64,000 nucleotides of DNA. It comes from Candidatus Delongbacteria bacterium (GTDB lineage Bacteria > CAIWAD01). The DNA lies in contig OY760505.1 of the NCBI GenBank assembly GCA_963663545.1, positions 325,937 to 389,936 of the forward strand, written 5' to 3'. The notes below the pieces were generated by a model. That model did no database searches. It was given only the letters and a program-made list of their open reading frames with translations, and was not told the origin of the DNA. This document shows, piece after piece, positions 9,817 through 18,289 of the stretch; position 1 is the stretch's first letter; each line of letters opens with the position of its first letter. The position numbers were made by a program, and so were the translations under genes.

Positions 9817-12393
9817 CTATTTTAGCAACAAAACCTTCCGTGTCTGCGCCACATCTTCTGTGCGCAAGGTGATGAAGTAAACGCCGCTGGCCAGCGCTTG
9901 GCCATCAAAGCGAACCTGATGCTCGCCGGGCATGAAATCCCCTTCGGCCAAATCGGCCACAAGCTGCCCGCACAGGTTGTAGGCGGAAAGACGCAGATGC
10001 GTGGGTGCCTGTATGATAAAGGGAATCGTCGTTACCGGATTGAAGGGATTGGGATACGCGTCACCCAGTGTCGGCGAGGCGGGAAGCGTGGCCGCCTTGA
10101 GCGGCGGCACCGCCAGCCAGGGATCACCCGGAGCCAGCGGACCGCCGGTGTAACCGATATCACAGCGCAGGCCGCCCAGCCCGGGCCACAGGGCAATGGC
10201 GGGAATCTCGCTATCGGGAAGATCCTGCCAGCTAGGATCTGGATCGCCCGCATCCACACAGGGCGAGTTGCTCGCTAGATACGGCACACCACGCTGCTCA
10301 TCGAAGCGCGCGTCGGCCACCACGAAATTACCTTCGCCGGGCTGCGCCTCCTGCAAACAACTATAGGTGAATGGCGGCGTGTACTTATCGCCGGCGTACC
10401 ATTCATGCAGCTCGTGCCCCAAGCTGATATAGCTGCAATTGTTCACCAGGATGTTGCGCCATACCGAATACCTTGGGCGAATTCGAATATTGTACGTGTT
10501 GCTCTCGTGCGTGAGGAACTTGGTGTTGCAGTCCACCAGAGTGACGTTTTCCACATGAACGCTATCGCTACAGACACAAAAGGGGTCCTGCTCACCGACA
10601 TCGTAGGCTACGCCAGGAAAGATTCTTAGCGTATCTGTGTTCTGAATCAGAACGTTTTGCACCCGCGCAAAACAGACAGAATCGTAGGGTGCGGGAATTC
10701 CTGAAGCACGCAGAGCATAGCGGTTGTTGTCGATGTATTGACAATTGCGCACCGTCAAACGCCTGGCTGAAAACTCGCTGGCGCCGTCGTCATTGTCCAC
10801 AAACAGGCAGTCCTCCACCAGCATGTCGCCCTTTGACAAGCCCAGCATCTGACGAGCACCAGCGGACACCGTGCTGCCAACGTGTATTAGGCGCAAATTC
10901 GGGTCAAAGGGCCAGGTATATTCCATGTTCTCGTACCGGTTGTGTAGCACACGCAGATTGCGCAACTCGAGACGACAGGGATGGCAGTACGCATATACGG
11001 ATATTGTAAGCACTCGAAATGGGCAACGGGTGCCACGGCTGAAGTAGTTGTAGGGGTCATCTAGGTCAATCACTTCATTGCCCTCACAAAGCAAGTCCTC
11101 AAAAACAAAGGTGCCTTCAGTATCTGAAAACTCTGCCTCTAACAGTGCTTTGCTAACAGCGTGCACTTCATGAAGCACGCCATCACCGTAATCGACCAAA
11201 TACTTCGGCGCAACGGAGGTGTTCCGGCAAAGCTCGCCATGACGCAGATTCATCCGCCTAGTGGCCATAGCTCTGCCTGGACCGGCAGAGTACAAAGTGT
11301 CCTCATCTCCTGGATCAGTAACATTGTCGTTAAAACGAAAATTGCTCAACTCGCCAAGCCGCCCACCGACGATTCCGAGCAGGCGCCAGGATCTACTTGA
11401 ACAACGTTCGAAGACCAGCCCGTCCACGGTGGTCATACTTTCGCAATGGATCATTGCGTAGAAGCTCGCGTCGTAGTTAAGCGGATCGTCCGAAACCGTG
11501 TTATCACTAATCTCAACATCTCGCACGCGCACATCCCGATCCGATGCGATGTTAAGAAGGGGGCTGTAGTTGTGAATGTGCGTCATGCGCACGCCCTGCA
11601 CATCAAGATCAAACTCGCTTCCCACATTAAACACAGAACAGCCGGAGTTACCGAAAAGGTGAAGATTGTGGAAGTCGACGCCTTCTACGCGAGTGTAGGT
11701 ATCGCTACCGAAGCTGAACTCTGCTTCGGCTACTGAATCCCCCTCCATGCTGACCTGCAGATCTCGGACTTCAAGGGTATCCTCAACACCGATTCGCACA
11801 CTGTATGACGAATACTCAAAGGATCTCGTGTCATCCATTACAAAGTGGCTGTTATACAAGCGAGTAGAACGTGGCGTTTCCGTGATCTGCACATGGGTGG
11901 AATCCACCAAGTACACATGGGGTTTTGCCATCAGATCTCGAGCAGCAACCCCAATCTCTGTACGGTTCCAGCGAAAACGCAGATGCTCCAGACGGGCATC
12001 GGCCAGTTCCCGCTGATGAATACCGCCTGGGAAATCGTAAGGAGGTTCATCTAAACGCCTCATCCCCATGCCGTGCTGTATGGTAAAGCCCACAACGCGG
12101 CAGAAATGCGGATCTGTATTGCGAATAGTCAGCACGGTGCCCGTCAGTTCTCCATCGAGCTGAGTTTCCAGAATGTCGGTGGTGTCGCCGCTGAACAGAT
12201 AATTGGAGCACAGAGTCAGATCCCGGTCCGGCGTCACCAGATGAACCGGCCAGCAGCCACGGGCCACCAGCACCGTATCGCCAGGCTCGGTCTGGTCCAG
12301 GGCCTGCTGGAGATTGTCGATCTGGGAAGGGAACTCAAGAACAGCCGCACGGGCACAGAAGCAGCAAACAAGCAACAGCAGGTGGCGTATCAT
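9817..12393 (-). CDS. Parallel beta-helix repeat protein with T9SS C-terminal sorting domain (paralog A1)
   Basis: Start set at the ATG of MIRHLLLLVCCFCARAAVLEF, preceded by AAGGAGGAG. Repetitive right-handed beta-helix style body; ends ...GVYFITLRTEDVAQTRKVLLLK. Near-identical to 15634..18204 except for an internal cassette. Confidence 0.75.
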   Translation of the reverse strand: MIRHLLLLVCCFCARAAVLEFPSQIDNLQQALDQTEPGDTVLVARGCWPVHLVTPDRDLTLCSNYLFSGDTTDILETQLDGELTGTVLTIRNTDPHFCRVVGFTIQHGMGMRRLDEPPYDFPGGIHQRELADARLEHLRFRWNRTEIGVAARDLMAKPHVYLVDSTHVQITETPRSTRLYNSHFVMDDTRSFEYSSYSVRIGVEDTLEVRDLQVSMEGDSVAEAEFSFGSDTYTRVEGVDFHNLHLFGNSGCSVFNVGSEFDLDVQGVRMTHIHNYSPLLNIASDRDVRVRDVEISDNTVSDDPLNYDASFYAMIHCESMTTVDGLVFERCSSRSWRLLGIVGGRLGELSNFRFNDNVTDPGDEDTLYSAGPGRAMATRRMNLRHGELCRNTSVAPKYLVDYGDGVLHEVHAVSKALLEAEFSDTEGTFVFEDLLCEGNEVIDLDDPYNYFSRGTRCPFRVLTISVYAYCHPCRLELRNLRVLHNRYENMEYTWPFDPNLRLIHVGSTVSAGARQMLGLSKGDMLVEDCLFVDNDDGASEFSARRLTVRNCQYIDNNRYALRASGIPAPYDSVCFARVQNVLIQNTDTLRIFPGVAYDVGEQDPFCVCSDSVHVENVTLVDCNTKFLTHESNTYNIRIRPRYSVWRNILVNNCSYISLGHELHEWYAGDKYTPPFTYSCLQEAQPGEGNFVVADARFDEQRGVPYLASNSPCVDAGDPDPSWQDLPDSEIPAIALWPGLGGLRCDIGYTGGPLAPGDPWLAVPPLKAATLPASPTLGDAYPNPFNPVTTIPFIIQAPTHLRLSAYNLCGQLVADLAEGDFMPGEHQVRFDGQALASGVYFITLRTEDVAQTRKVLLLK

Positions 12394-12420
12394 GATCTCT
12401 CCTCCTTGCACTCTTTCGCA

Positions 12421-12460
12421 ACTAAAGGGAAAGCGCGGCCGCCGCACGAAGCGGCGACCG
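12421..12460 (-). terminator. Hairpin gcggtcgccgc-ttcgt-gcggcggccgc + T-rich tail between B1 and A1
   Basis: Inverted repeat followed by gctttcccttt on the minus strand; an identical copy lies at 18233..18272. Confidence 0.5.
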
Positions 12461-12478
12461 CATCAAGTATCACCTCAG

Positions 12479-15340
12479 TTACTTGACCATCAGCATTTTC
12501 TGCATGGCCAACTGACCGCCACCGGCGGCGCGCACCAAATAGCAACCAGAGGCCAGGGCAGAGCCATCAAACTGGAACTGATGGCTGCCGGCGTCCAGGT
12601 GTCCCTGGTGCAGTGTGCTCACAAGCTGTCCCTGCAGGTTGTACACCTCGACCGTCAGGGTCTGGGCAGTATTCACCTGTAGAGTGATGCTTGTTGTCGG
12701 ATTGAAGGGATTGGGATAAACCTCACCCAACTGGAATGCCGCAGGCTGCGCAGTGCGGCTTCCCGGCTCGGCTCCCGCGCTGGACAAGGGGCGGTAGTCA
12801 AGCATATTCTGCACGGCTTCCTGCTGCCGCTGCGCTTCGTGTCCGCCAAGGCTGCTGGTAGCACCCACGGAGGGATAAGTGGCAATCTCAAGCAGGGCCA
12901 GAGTTGCTGTTTCCACCGCGGCCTCGTTTGCCCCCTCAAGAAGGACGGCCTGCAAATTGGCGCGGGCTCCTTCGACATCGCCGGCACGGGCCAGCACGCA
13001 CTGGGCAGCGCTGTACTGCATGGCGGCCTGCCAGCTCAGATCGGCCTCGGCGGAACCCACGGCAGCAGCTTCAAGAGTGCTGGCAATGGCAAGCTTCTCA
13101 TCGGACTGATACTTACCCAGCTCCTTCAGTCGACTGGCGGCTTCAGCCGCGTACTTCGACTGAGGATAGAGCAGCACCAGCTCGGAATAGTACCATACGG
13201 CATCCGAGCTAAGACCCAGCTCTTCTGCCCCATTGCCGTCGTCCCACAGCTTCACATCGTCGATATTGCCGTTGGGATCGGGACAGAAGGGGGTGTAATT
13301 CAGGGTGGGACCCCAGAAGCCGATGCACAGGCTGCCATCGGCATAAGCGGGGATTTCTCCATTTGGATTGTGATCTAGAATGCTGCAGTCGGGAATCGAA
13401 GTATTCTGGTCTTCACCCCAGAAATTGTTGCGCCAGTAAAGAGAGACAGGATCCGGGGATTCGGAGTAGAAAAAGCGTGAATCACTGTCTAGCCAATCGC
13501 GGTTGGCAAAGCCGTTGTAGCCACAGTCCATCAGGGTGTGCCCATGGATCTCGTGTACTAGACAATCGACATCGTGTACTTCTACAGAAAAGCCATTGCA
13601 GCCTTCATCGCTCATATCCGTGGCATTGCAGAGCAGTCCCAGTTGAAGCTCCTCGCCTCCCGTAAAGGTGTTGCGCAGCATGCGCGTGGCACCATTGCTG
13701 AGTTGCGCAATGGGGCGATCTGCATAGCTTTCACTGCAATTGAAGTCGCAGTCAATGAGGCTTGTGTTCGTTCCGCATAGCGCATACAGTGGGTAGTAGT
13801 TACCGGCGGGGGTCTGGTTTTCAACAAAGCTGCAATTTTTCACTCGTAGCTTGCCGCCCAGCACAAGGGCCACTGAACGAACGCCTATCTTGTCGTACAT
13901 GTAAGGCGTATCCAAGAACTGGTTATGCCCATTATCATCAAAATAGAAGTCCCTGAGAGTGCCCGTAACGTCAACGAAGTGCAGGTTGGCGTGCCCCAGG
14001 TTGGCCAGCTGCAGGTTCTCATCTTCGGCGTCCTTGCTGCCCACCAAGCTCAGGTTCTTCATGTACCCAAAGGAGAACGCAGTGCTGGGGGCCACATTCA
14101 GCAGAAGGCCGTGAATCGTCGCATTGCTGCGAGTAGAGGTATTGCCGCGCAAACTGAAGTAGCTACCTGCAATGAGGTTGTAATTGACGGGATCGAAGTC
14201 GCCGCCAACAAAGGCCACACGGGGCTTGCCGCTTTCGCCAATGACAATATCGCCACTCGTATTCAAATAGGTATTGGCACCTGCGGAGGTCACGCGGAGC
14301 ACCACATCCGACTTGATCTGCATTCCCGTCGGAAAATCATGAGTCGTCTGTGTGTCGACGGTGTACCAACCGGGCTTCACCTGCTCGCCCTGGAAGGACT
14401 CGCTGATCGGGCGCACAGGATACTTCTGCTTCCAGCCAATGTCGGCGTAGCTCAGGTCGAAATCGCGAGGGAAGCTGGGATCGCCTGCGTCTTCCAGCAC
14501 GCTCTTGAAGCGAGGACGGTAATCGTGGTTGGCCAGGTTGGTGAAGCCAAGGTCTGCCACTTGCAGCCATCCGCGAACACCAGGCACAGGACTGTAGCTT
14601 CTATCCGAGGCCAAGAAAGCAGCATCCAAAGTCCCGGTGAATTGAAGACAGGGAGTTTGCCCAGTGCCTTTATAACGGCTGAACACACAGTTGCGAACGT
14701 GGGCATGGCCCCCGCGAAAGCTCACGTCGGCATGATCGCCCACAGAGTTGTTATCAAAGGTGCATCCTGCCACAATCGCACCGTAATTCGCTTCGAGAAT
14801 ACACTCATCAGCCTCGTTCTCGTAGAACAGACAGTTCTCAAACCTAGGCGGCGTGCCATGGGCCGGACGATGAACGGCTCTCAACATACTCCTGGCCGCT
14901 TCACAAGAGTTGCCGTAGAATCGGCAATCGCGCACTACGCAATCGGCGCCTGAAAGTCTGAGCACCGCACCTCGACTCCATCCACTGAACGTAATTCCCT
15001 GTAGTGTCAGCGATCCATTGTCCCAGCAATCCACCAGGAAAACGCCCCCTGCACTTCCGTCCATGACTACGGAACCATCGTAGCATTCCTGATGGCTCTG
15101 CGGAGTCCCGGCGACGGCGCGAATTCGCACCTTGGCGCGATTCGAGACCAAGAAAACAGGACCGCGGGGTTGGTATTTACCGGGGAAAACCAGCAATTCA
15201 CAGTCAGAGCTCTGGCTGTCAATCCAATTCGATGCCGCATCAAGGTCGGCAAAATCGAAGATCGGCGGACCACCTGGCCCCAGGGTCTTTGACACATCCG
15301 CGGCCAGGACCGTCGTGTGAATCCAACACAACACGATCAA
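12479..15340 (-). CDS. Parallel beta-helix repeat protein with T9SS C-terminal sorting domain (paralog B1, ~950 aa)
   Basis: Ends ...GCYLVRAAGGGQLAMQKMLMVK. Start is a TTG in the ORF track, so the exact start is uncertain. The C-terminal ~680 aa are almost identical to B2; the N-terminal ~260 aa are divergent. Confidence 0.7.
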   Translation of the reverse strand: MIVLCWIHTTVLAADVSKTLGPGGPPIFDFADLDAASNWIDSQSSDCELLVFPGKYQPRGPVFLVSNRAKVRIRAVAGTPQSHQECYDGSVVMDGSAGGVFLVDCWDNGSLTLQGITFSGWSRGAVLRLSGADCVVRDCRFYGNSCEAARSMLRAVHRPAHGTPPRFENCLFYENEADECILEANYGAIVAGCTFDNNSVGDHADVSFRGGHAHVRNCVFSRYKGTGQTPCLQFTGTLDAAFLASDRSYSPVPGVRGWLQVADLGFTNLANHDYRPRFKSVLEDAGDPSFPRDFDLSYADIGWKQKYPVRPISESFQGEQVKPGWYTVDTQTTHDFPTGMQIKSDVVLRVTSAGANTYLNTSGDIVIGESGKPRVAFVGGDFDPVNYNLIAGSYFSLRGNTSTRSNATIHGLLLNVAPSTAFSFGYMKNLSLVGSKDAEDENLQLANLGHANLHFVDVTGTLRDFYFDDNGHNQFLDTPYMYDKIGVRSVALVLGGKLRVKNCSFVENQTPAGNYYPLYALCGTNTSLIDCDFNCSESYADRPIAQLSNGATRMLRNTFTGGEELQLGLLCNATDMSDEGCNGFSVEVHDVDCLVHEIHGHTLMDCGYNGFANRDWLDSDSRFFYSESPDPVSLYWRNNFWGEDQNTSIPDCSILDHNPNGEIPAYADGSLCIGFWGPTLNYTPFCPDPNGNIDDVKLWDDGNGAEELGLSSDAVWYYSELVLLYPQSKYAAEAASRLKELGKYQSDEKLAIASTLEAAAVGSAEADLSWQAAMQYSAAQCVLARAGDVEGARANLQAVLLEGANEAAVETATLALLEIATYPSVGATSSLGGHEAQRQQEAVQNMLDYRPLSSAGAEPGSRTAQPAAFQLGEVYPNPFNPTTSITLQVNTAQTLTVEVYNLQGQLVSTLHQGHLDAGSHQFQFDGSALASGCYLVRAAGGGQLAMQKMLMVK

Positions 15341-15540
15341 AGCGAATGAATGAATCAGTCGGCTCTCCGTGCATTAGAACTACGCTGTGGTGGCTGTGTG
15401 ACCACCTCTCGACCCTAGAGTAATACAGTGTTTTGCCATGCACAAGGCTTATTTGTCTTGCGTATCACCTTGCGCCCTCTTCTATCGTGTGACACAAAAG
15501 GAGGCGAAATTCTATCAAGTACTGCTGCGATATAGGACGG

Positions 15541-15650
15541 AGCTCAGCGCTCGCCCTCGTAGGCAGCCAGCACGCCCTTGCGGTACTCCTGCCAGCGGCC
15601 CTGCTGAAGGGCCAGACGGGCGTCGCGCAACGCCTATTTTAGCAACAAAA
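15541..15650 (-). repeat. Direct repeat derived from tgt 3' end (copy 2, ...[10 protein letters not shown])
   Basis: Near-identical to the last ~100 nt of tgt (21425..21530) and to 9721..9816. Marks the junction of the tandem duplication. Confidence 0.75.
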
Positions 15651-18204
15651 CCTTCCTTGTCTGCGCCACATCCTCTGTGCGCAAGGTGATGAAGTAAACG
15701 CCGCTGGCCAGCGCTTGGCCATCAAAGCGAACCTGATGCTCGCCGGGCATGAAATCCCCTTCGGCCAAATCGGCCACAAGCTGCCCGCACAGGTTGTAGG
15801 CGGAAAGACGCAGATGCGTGGGTGCCTGTATGACAAAGGGAATCGTCGTTACCGGATTGAAGGGATTGGGATACGCGTCACCCAGTGTCGGCGAGGCGGG
15901 AAGCGTGGCCGCCTTGAGCGGCGGCACCGCCAGCCAGGGATCACCCGGAGCCAGCGGACCGCCGGTGTAACCGATATCACAGCGCAGGCCGCCCAGCCCG
16001 GGCCACAGGGCAATAGCGGGAATCTCGCTATCGGGAAGATCCTGCCAGCTAGGATCTGGATCGCCCGCATCCACACAGGGCGAGTTGCTCGCTAGATACG
16101 GCACACCACGCTGCTCATCGAAGCGCGCGTCGGCCACCACGAAATTACCTTCGCCGGGCTGCGCCTCCTGCAAACAACTATAGGTGAATGGCGGCGTGTA
16201 TTCATCGCCGTAGTACCATTCATGCAGCTCGTGCCCCAAGCTGATATAGCTGCAATTGTTCACCAGGATGTTGCGCCATACCGAATACCTTGGGCGAATT
16301 CGAATATTGTACGTGTTGCTCTCCTGCGTGAGGAACTTGGTGTTGCAGTCCACCAAAGTGACGTTTTCCACATGAACGCTATCGCTACTGACAACAAGTG
16401 GATCCTGCTCGCCGATATCGTAGGCTACGCCAGGAAAGATTCTTAGCGTATCTGTGTTCTGAATCAGAACGTTTTGCACCCGGGCAAAACAGACAGAATC
16501 GTAGGGTGCGGGAATTCCTGAAGCACGCAGAGCATAGCGGTTGTTGTCGATGTATTGACAATTGCGCACCGTCAAACGCCTGGCTGAAAACTCGCTGGCG
16601 CCGTCGTCATTGTCCACAAACAGGCAGTCCTCCACCAGCATGTCGCCCTTTGACAAGCCCAGCATCTGACGAGCACCAGCGGACACCGTGCTGCCAACGT
16701 GCACTAGGCGCAAATTCGGGTCAAAGGGCCAGGTATATTCCATGTTCTCGTACCGGTTGTGTAGCACACGCAGATTGCGCAACTCGAGACGACAGGGATG
16801 GCAGTACGCATATACGGATATTGTAAGCACTCGAAATGGGCAACGGGTGCCACGGCTGAAGTAGTTGTAGGGGTCATCTAGGTCAATCACTTCATTGCCC
16901 TCACAAAGCAAGTCCTCAAAAACAAAGGTGCCTTCAGTATCTGAAAACTCTGCCTCTAACAGTGCTTTGCTAACAGCGTGCACTTCATGAAGCACGCCAT
17001 CACCGTAATCGACCAAGTACTTCGGCGCAACGGAGGTGTTCCGGCAAAGCTCGCCATGACGCAGATTCATCCGCCTAGTGGCCATAGCTCTGCCTGGACC
17101 GGCAGAGTACAAAGTGTCCTCATCTCCTGGATCAGTAACATTGTCGTTAAAACGAAAATTGCTCAATTCGCCAAGCCGCCCACCGACGATTCCGAGCAGG
17201 CGCCAGGATCTACTTGAACAACGTTCGAAGACCAGCCCGTCCACGGTGGTCATACTTTCGCTATGGATCATTGCGCAGAAGCTCGCATCGTAGTTAAGCG
17301 GATCGTCCGAAACCGTGTTATCACTAATCTCAACATCTCGCACGCGCACATCCCGATCCGATGCAATGTTAAGAAGAGTTCTGTAGTTATGAATGTGCGT
17401 CATGCGCACGCCCTGCACATCAAGATCAAACTCGCTTCCCACACTAAACACATTATAGCCGGAGTTGCCGAAGAGGTGAAGATTGTGGAAGTCGACGTCT
17501 TCTACGCGAGTGTAGGTATCGCTGCTAAAGCTGAACGCTGTTCCCGCTACTGAATCACCAACCATGCTGACATGGAAGTCACGGACTTCAAGGCTGTCCA
17601 CAACGTAAATCCTCACATTCTGCCTGAAAGAAGGTGTTGTTTCCATATCATCGAGGACAACATGACAGGCTTTGACGCGAGCAGCCCTGGGATACAAGCC
17701 TATATACTCACCATCAATCATGAAATAACCACCGATTGAATTGATATCAATGGCCGCAGATGAACTCTGGGTACGATTCCAACGAAATCGCAGGTGCTCC
17801 AACTCCCCCTCTGACAACTCCCGAATGTGTATTCCACCGGCGAAATCGTGGGGTGGATCATCAGGACGCCTCATCCCCATGCCGTGCTGTATGGTAAAGC
17901 CCACAACGCGGCAGAAATGCGGATCTGTATTGCGAATAGTCAGCACGGTGCCCGTCAGTTCGCCATCAAGCTGAGTTTCCAGAATGTCGGTGGTGTCGCC
18001 GCTGAACAGATAATTGGAGCACAGAGTCAGATCCCGGTCCGGCGTCACCAGATGAACCGGCCAGCAGCCACGGGCCACCAGCACCGTATCGCCAGGCTCG
18101 GTCTGGTCCAGGGCCTGCTGGAGATTGTCGATCTGGGAAGGGAACTCAAGAACAGCCGCACGGGCACAGAAGCAGCAAACAAGCAACAGCAGGTGGCGTA
18201 TCAT
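15634..18204 (-). CDS. Parallel beta-helix repeat protein with T9SS C-terminal sorting domain (paralog A2)
   Basis: Same start context and sorting domain as A1. Internal segment (~aa 131-250) replaced by unrelated sequence. Confidence 0.75.
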   Translation of the reverse strand: MIRHLLLLVCCFCARAAVLEFPSQIDNLQQALDQTEPGDTVLVARGCWPVHLVTPDRDLTLCSNYLFSGDTTDILETQLDGELTGTVLTIRNTDPHFCRVVGFTIQHGMGMRRPDDPPHDFAGGIHIRELSEGELEHLRFRWNRTQSSSAAIDINSIGGYFMIDGEYIGLYPRAARVKACHVVLDDMETTPSFRQNVRIYVVDSLEVRDFHVSMVGDSVAGTAFSFSSDTYTRVEDVDFHNLHLFGNSGYNVFSVGSEFDLDVQGVRMTHIHNYRTLLNIASDRDVRVRDVEISDNTVSDDPLNYDASFCAMIHSESMTTVDGLVFERCSSRSWRLLGIVGGRLGELSNFRFNDNVTDPGDEDTLYSAGPGRAMATRRMNLRHGELCRNTSVAPKYLVDYGDGVLHEVHAVSKALLEAEFSDTEGTFVFEDLLCEGNEVIDLDDPYNYFSRGTRCPFRVLTISVYAYCHPCRLELRNLRVLHNRYENMEYTWPFDPNLRLVHVGSTVSAGARQMLGLSKGDMLVEDCLFVDNDDGASEFSARRLTVRNCQYIDNNRYALRASGIPAPYDSVCFARVQNVLIQNTDTLRIFPGVAYDIGEQDPLVVSSDSVHVENVTLVDCNTKFLTQESNTYNIRIRPRYSVWRNILVNNCSYISLGHELHEWYYGDEYTPPFTYSCLQEAQPGEGNFVVADARFDEQRGVPYLASNSPCVDAGDPDPSWQDLPDSEIPAIALWPGLGGLRCDIGYTGGPLAPGDPWLAVPPLKAATLPASPTLGDAYPNPFNPVTTIPFVIQAPTHLRLSAYNLCGQLVADLAEGDFMPGEHQVRFDGQALASGVYFITLRTEDVAQTRKVLLLK

Positions 18205-18232
18205 GATCTCTCCTCCTTGCACTCTCTCGCAA

Positions 18233-18272
18233 CTAAAGGGAAAGCGCGGCCGCCGCACGAAGCGGCGACCGC
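18233..18272 (-). terminator. Hairpin + T-rich tail between B2 and A2 (copy of 12421..12460)
   Basis: Identical inverted repeat. Confidence 0.5.
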
Positions 18273-18289
18273 ATCAAGTATCACCTCAG

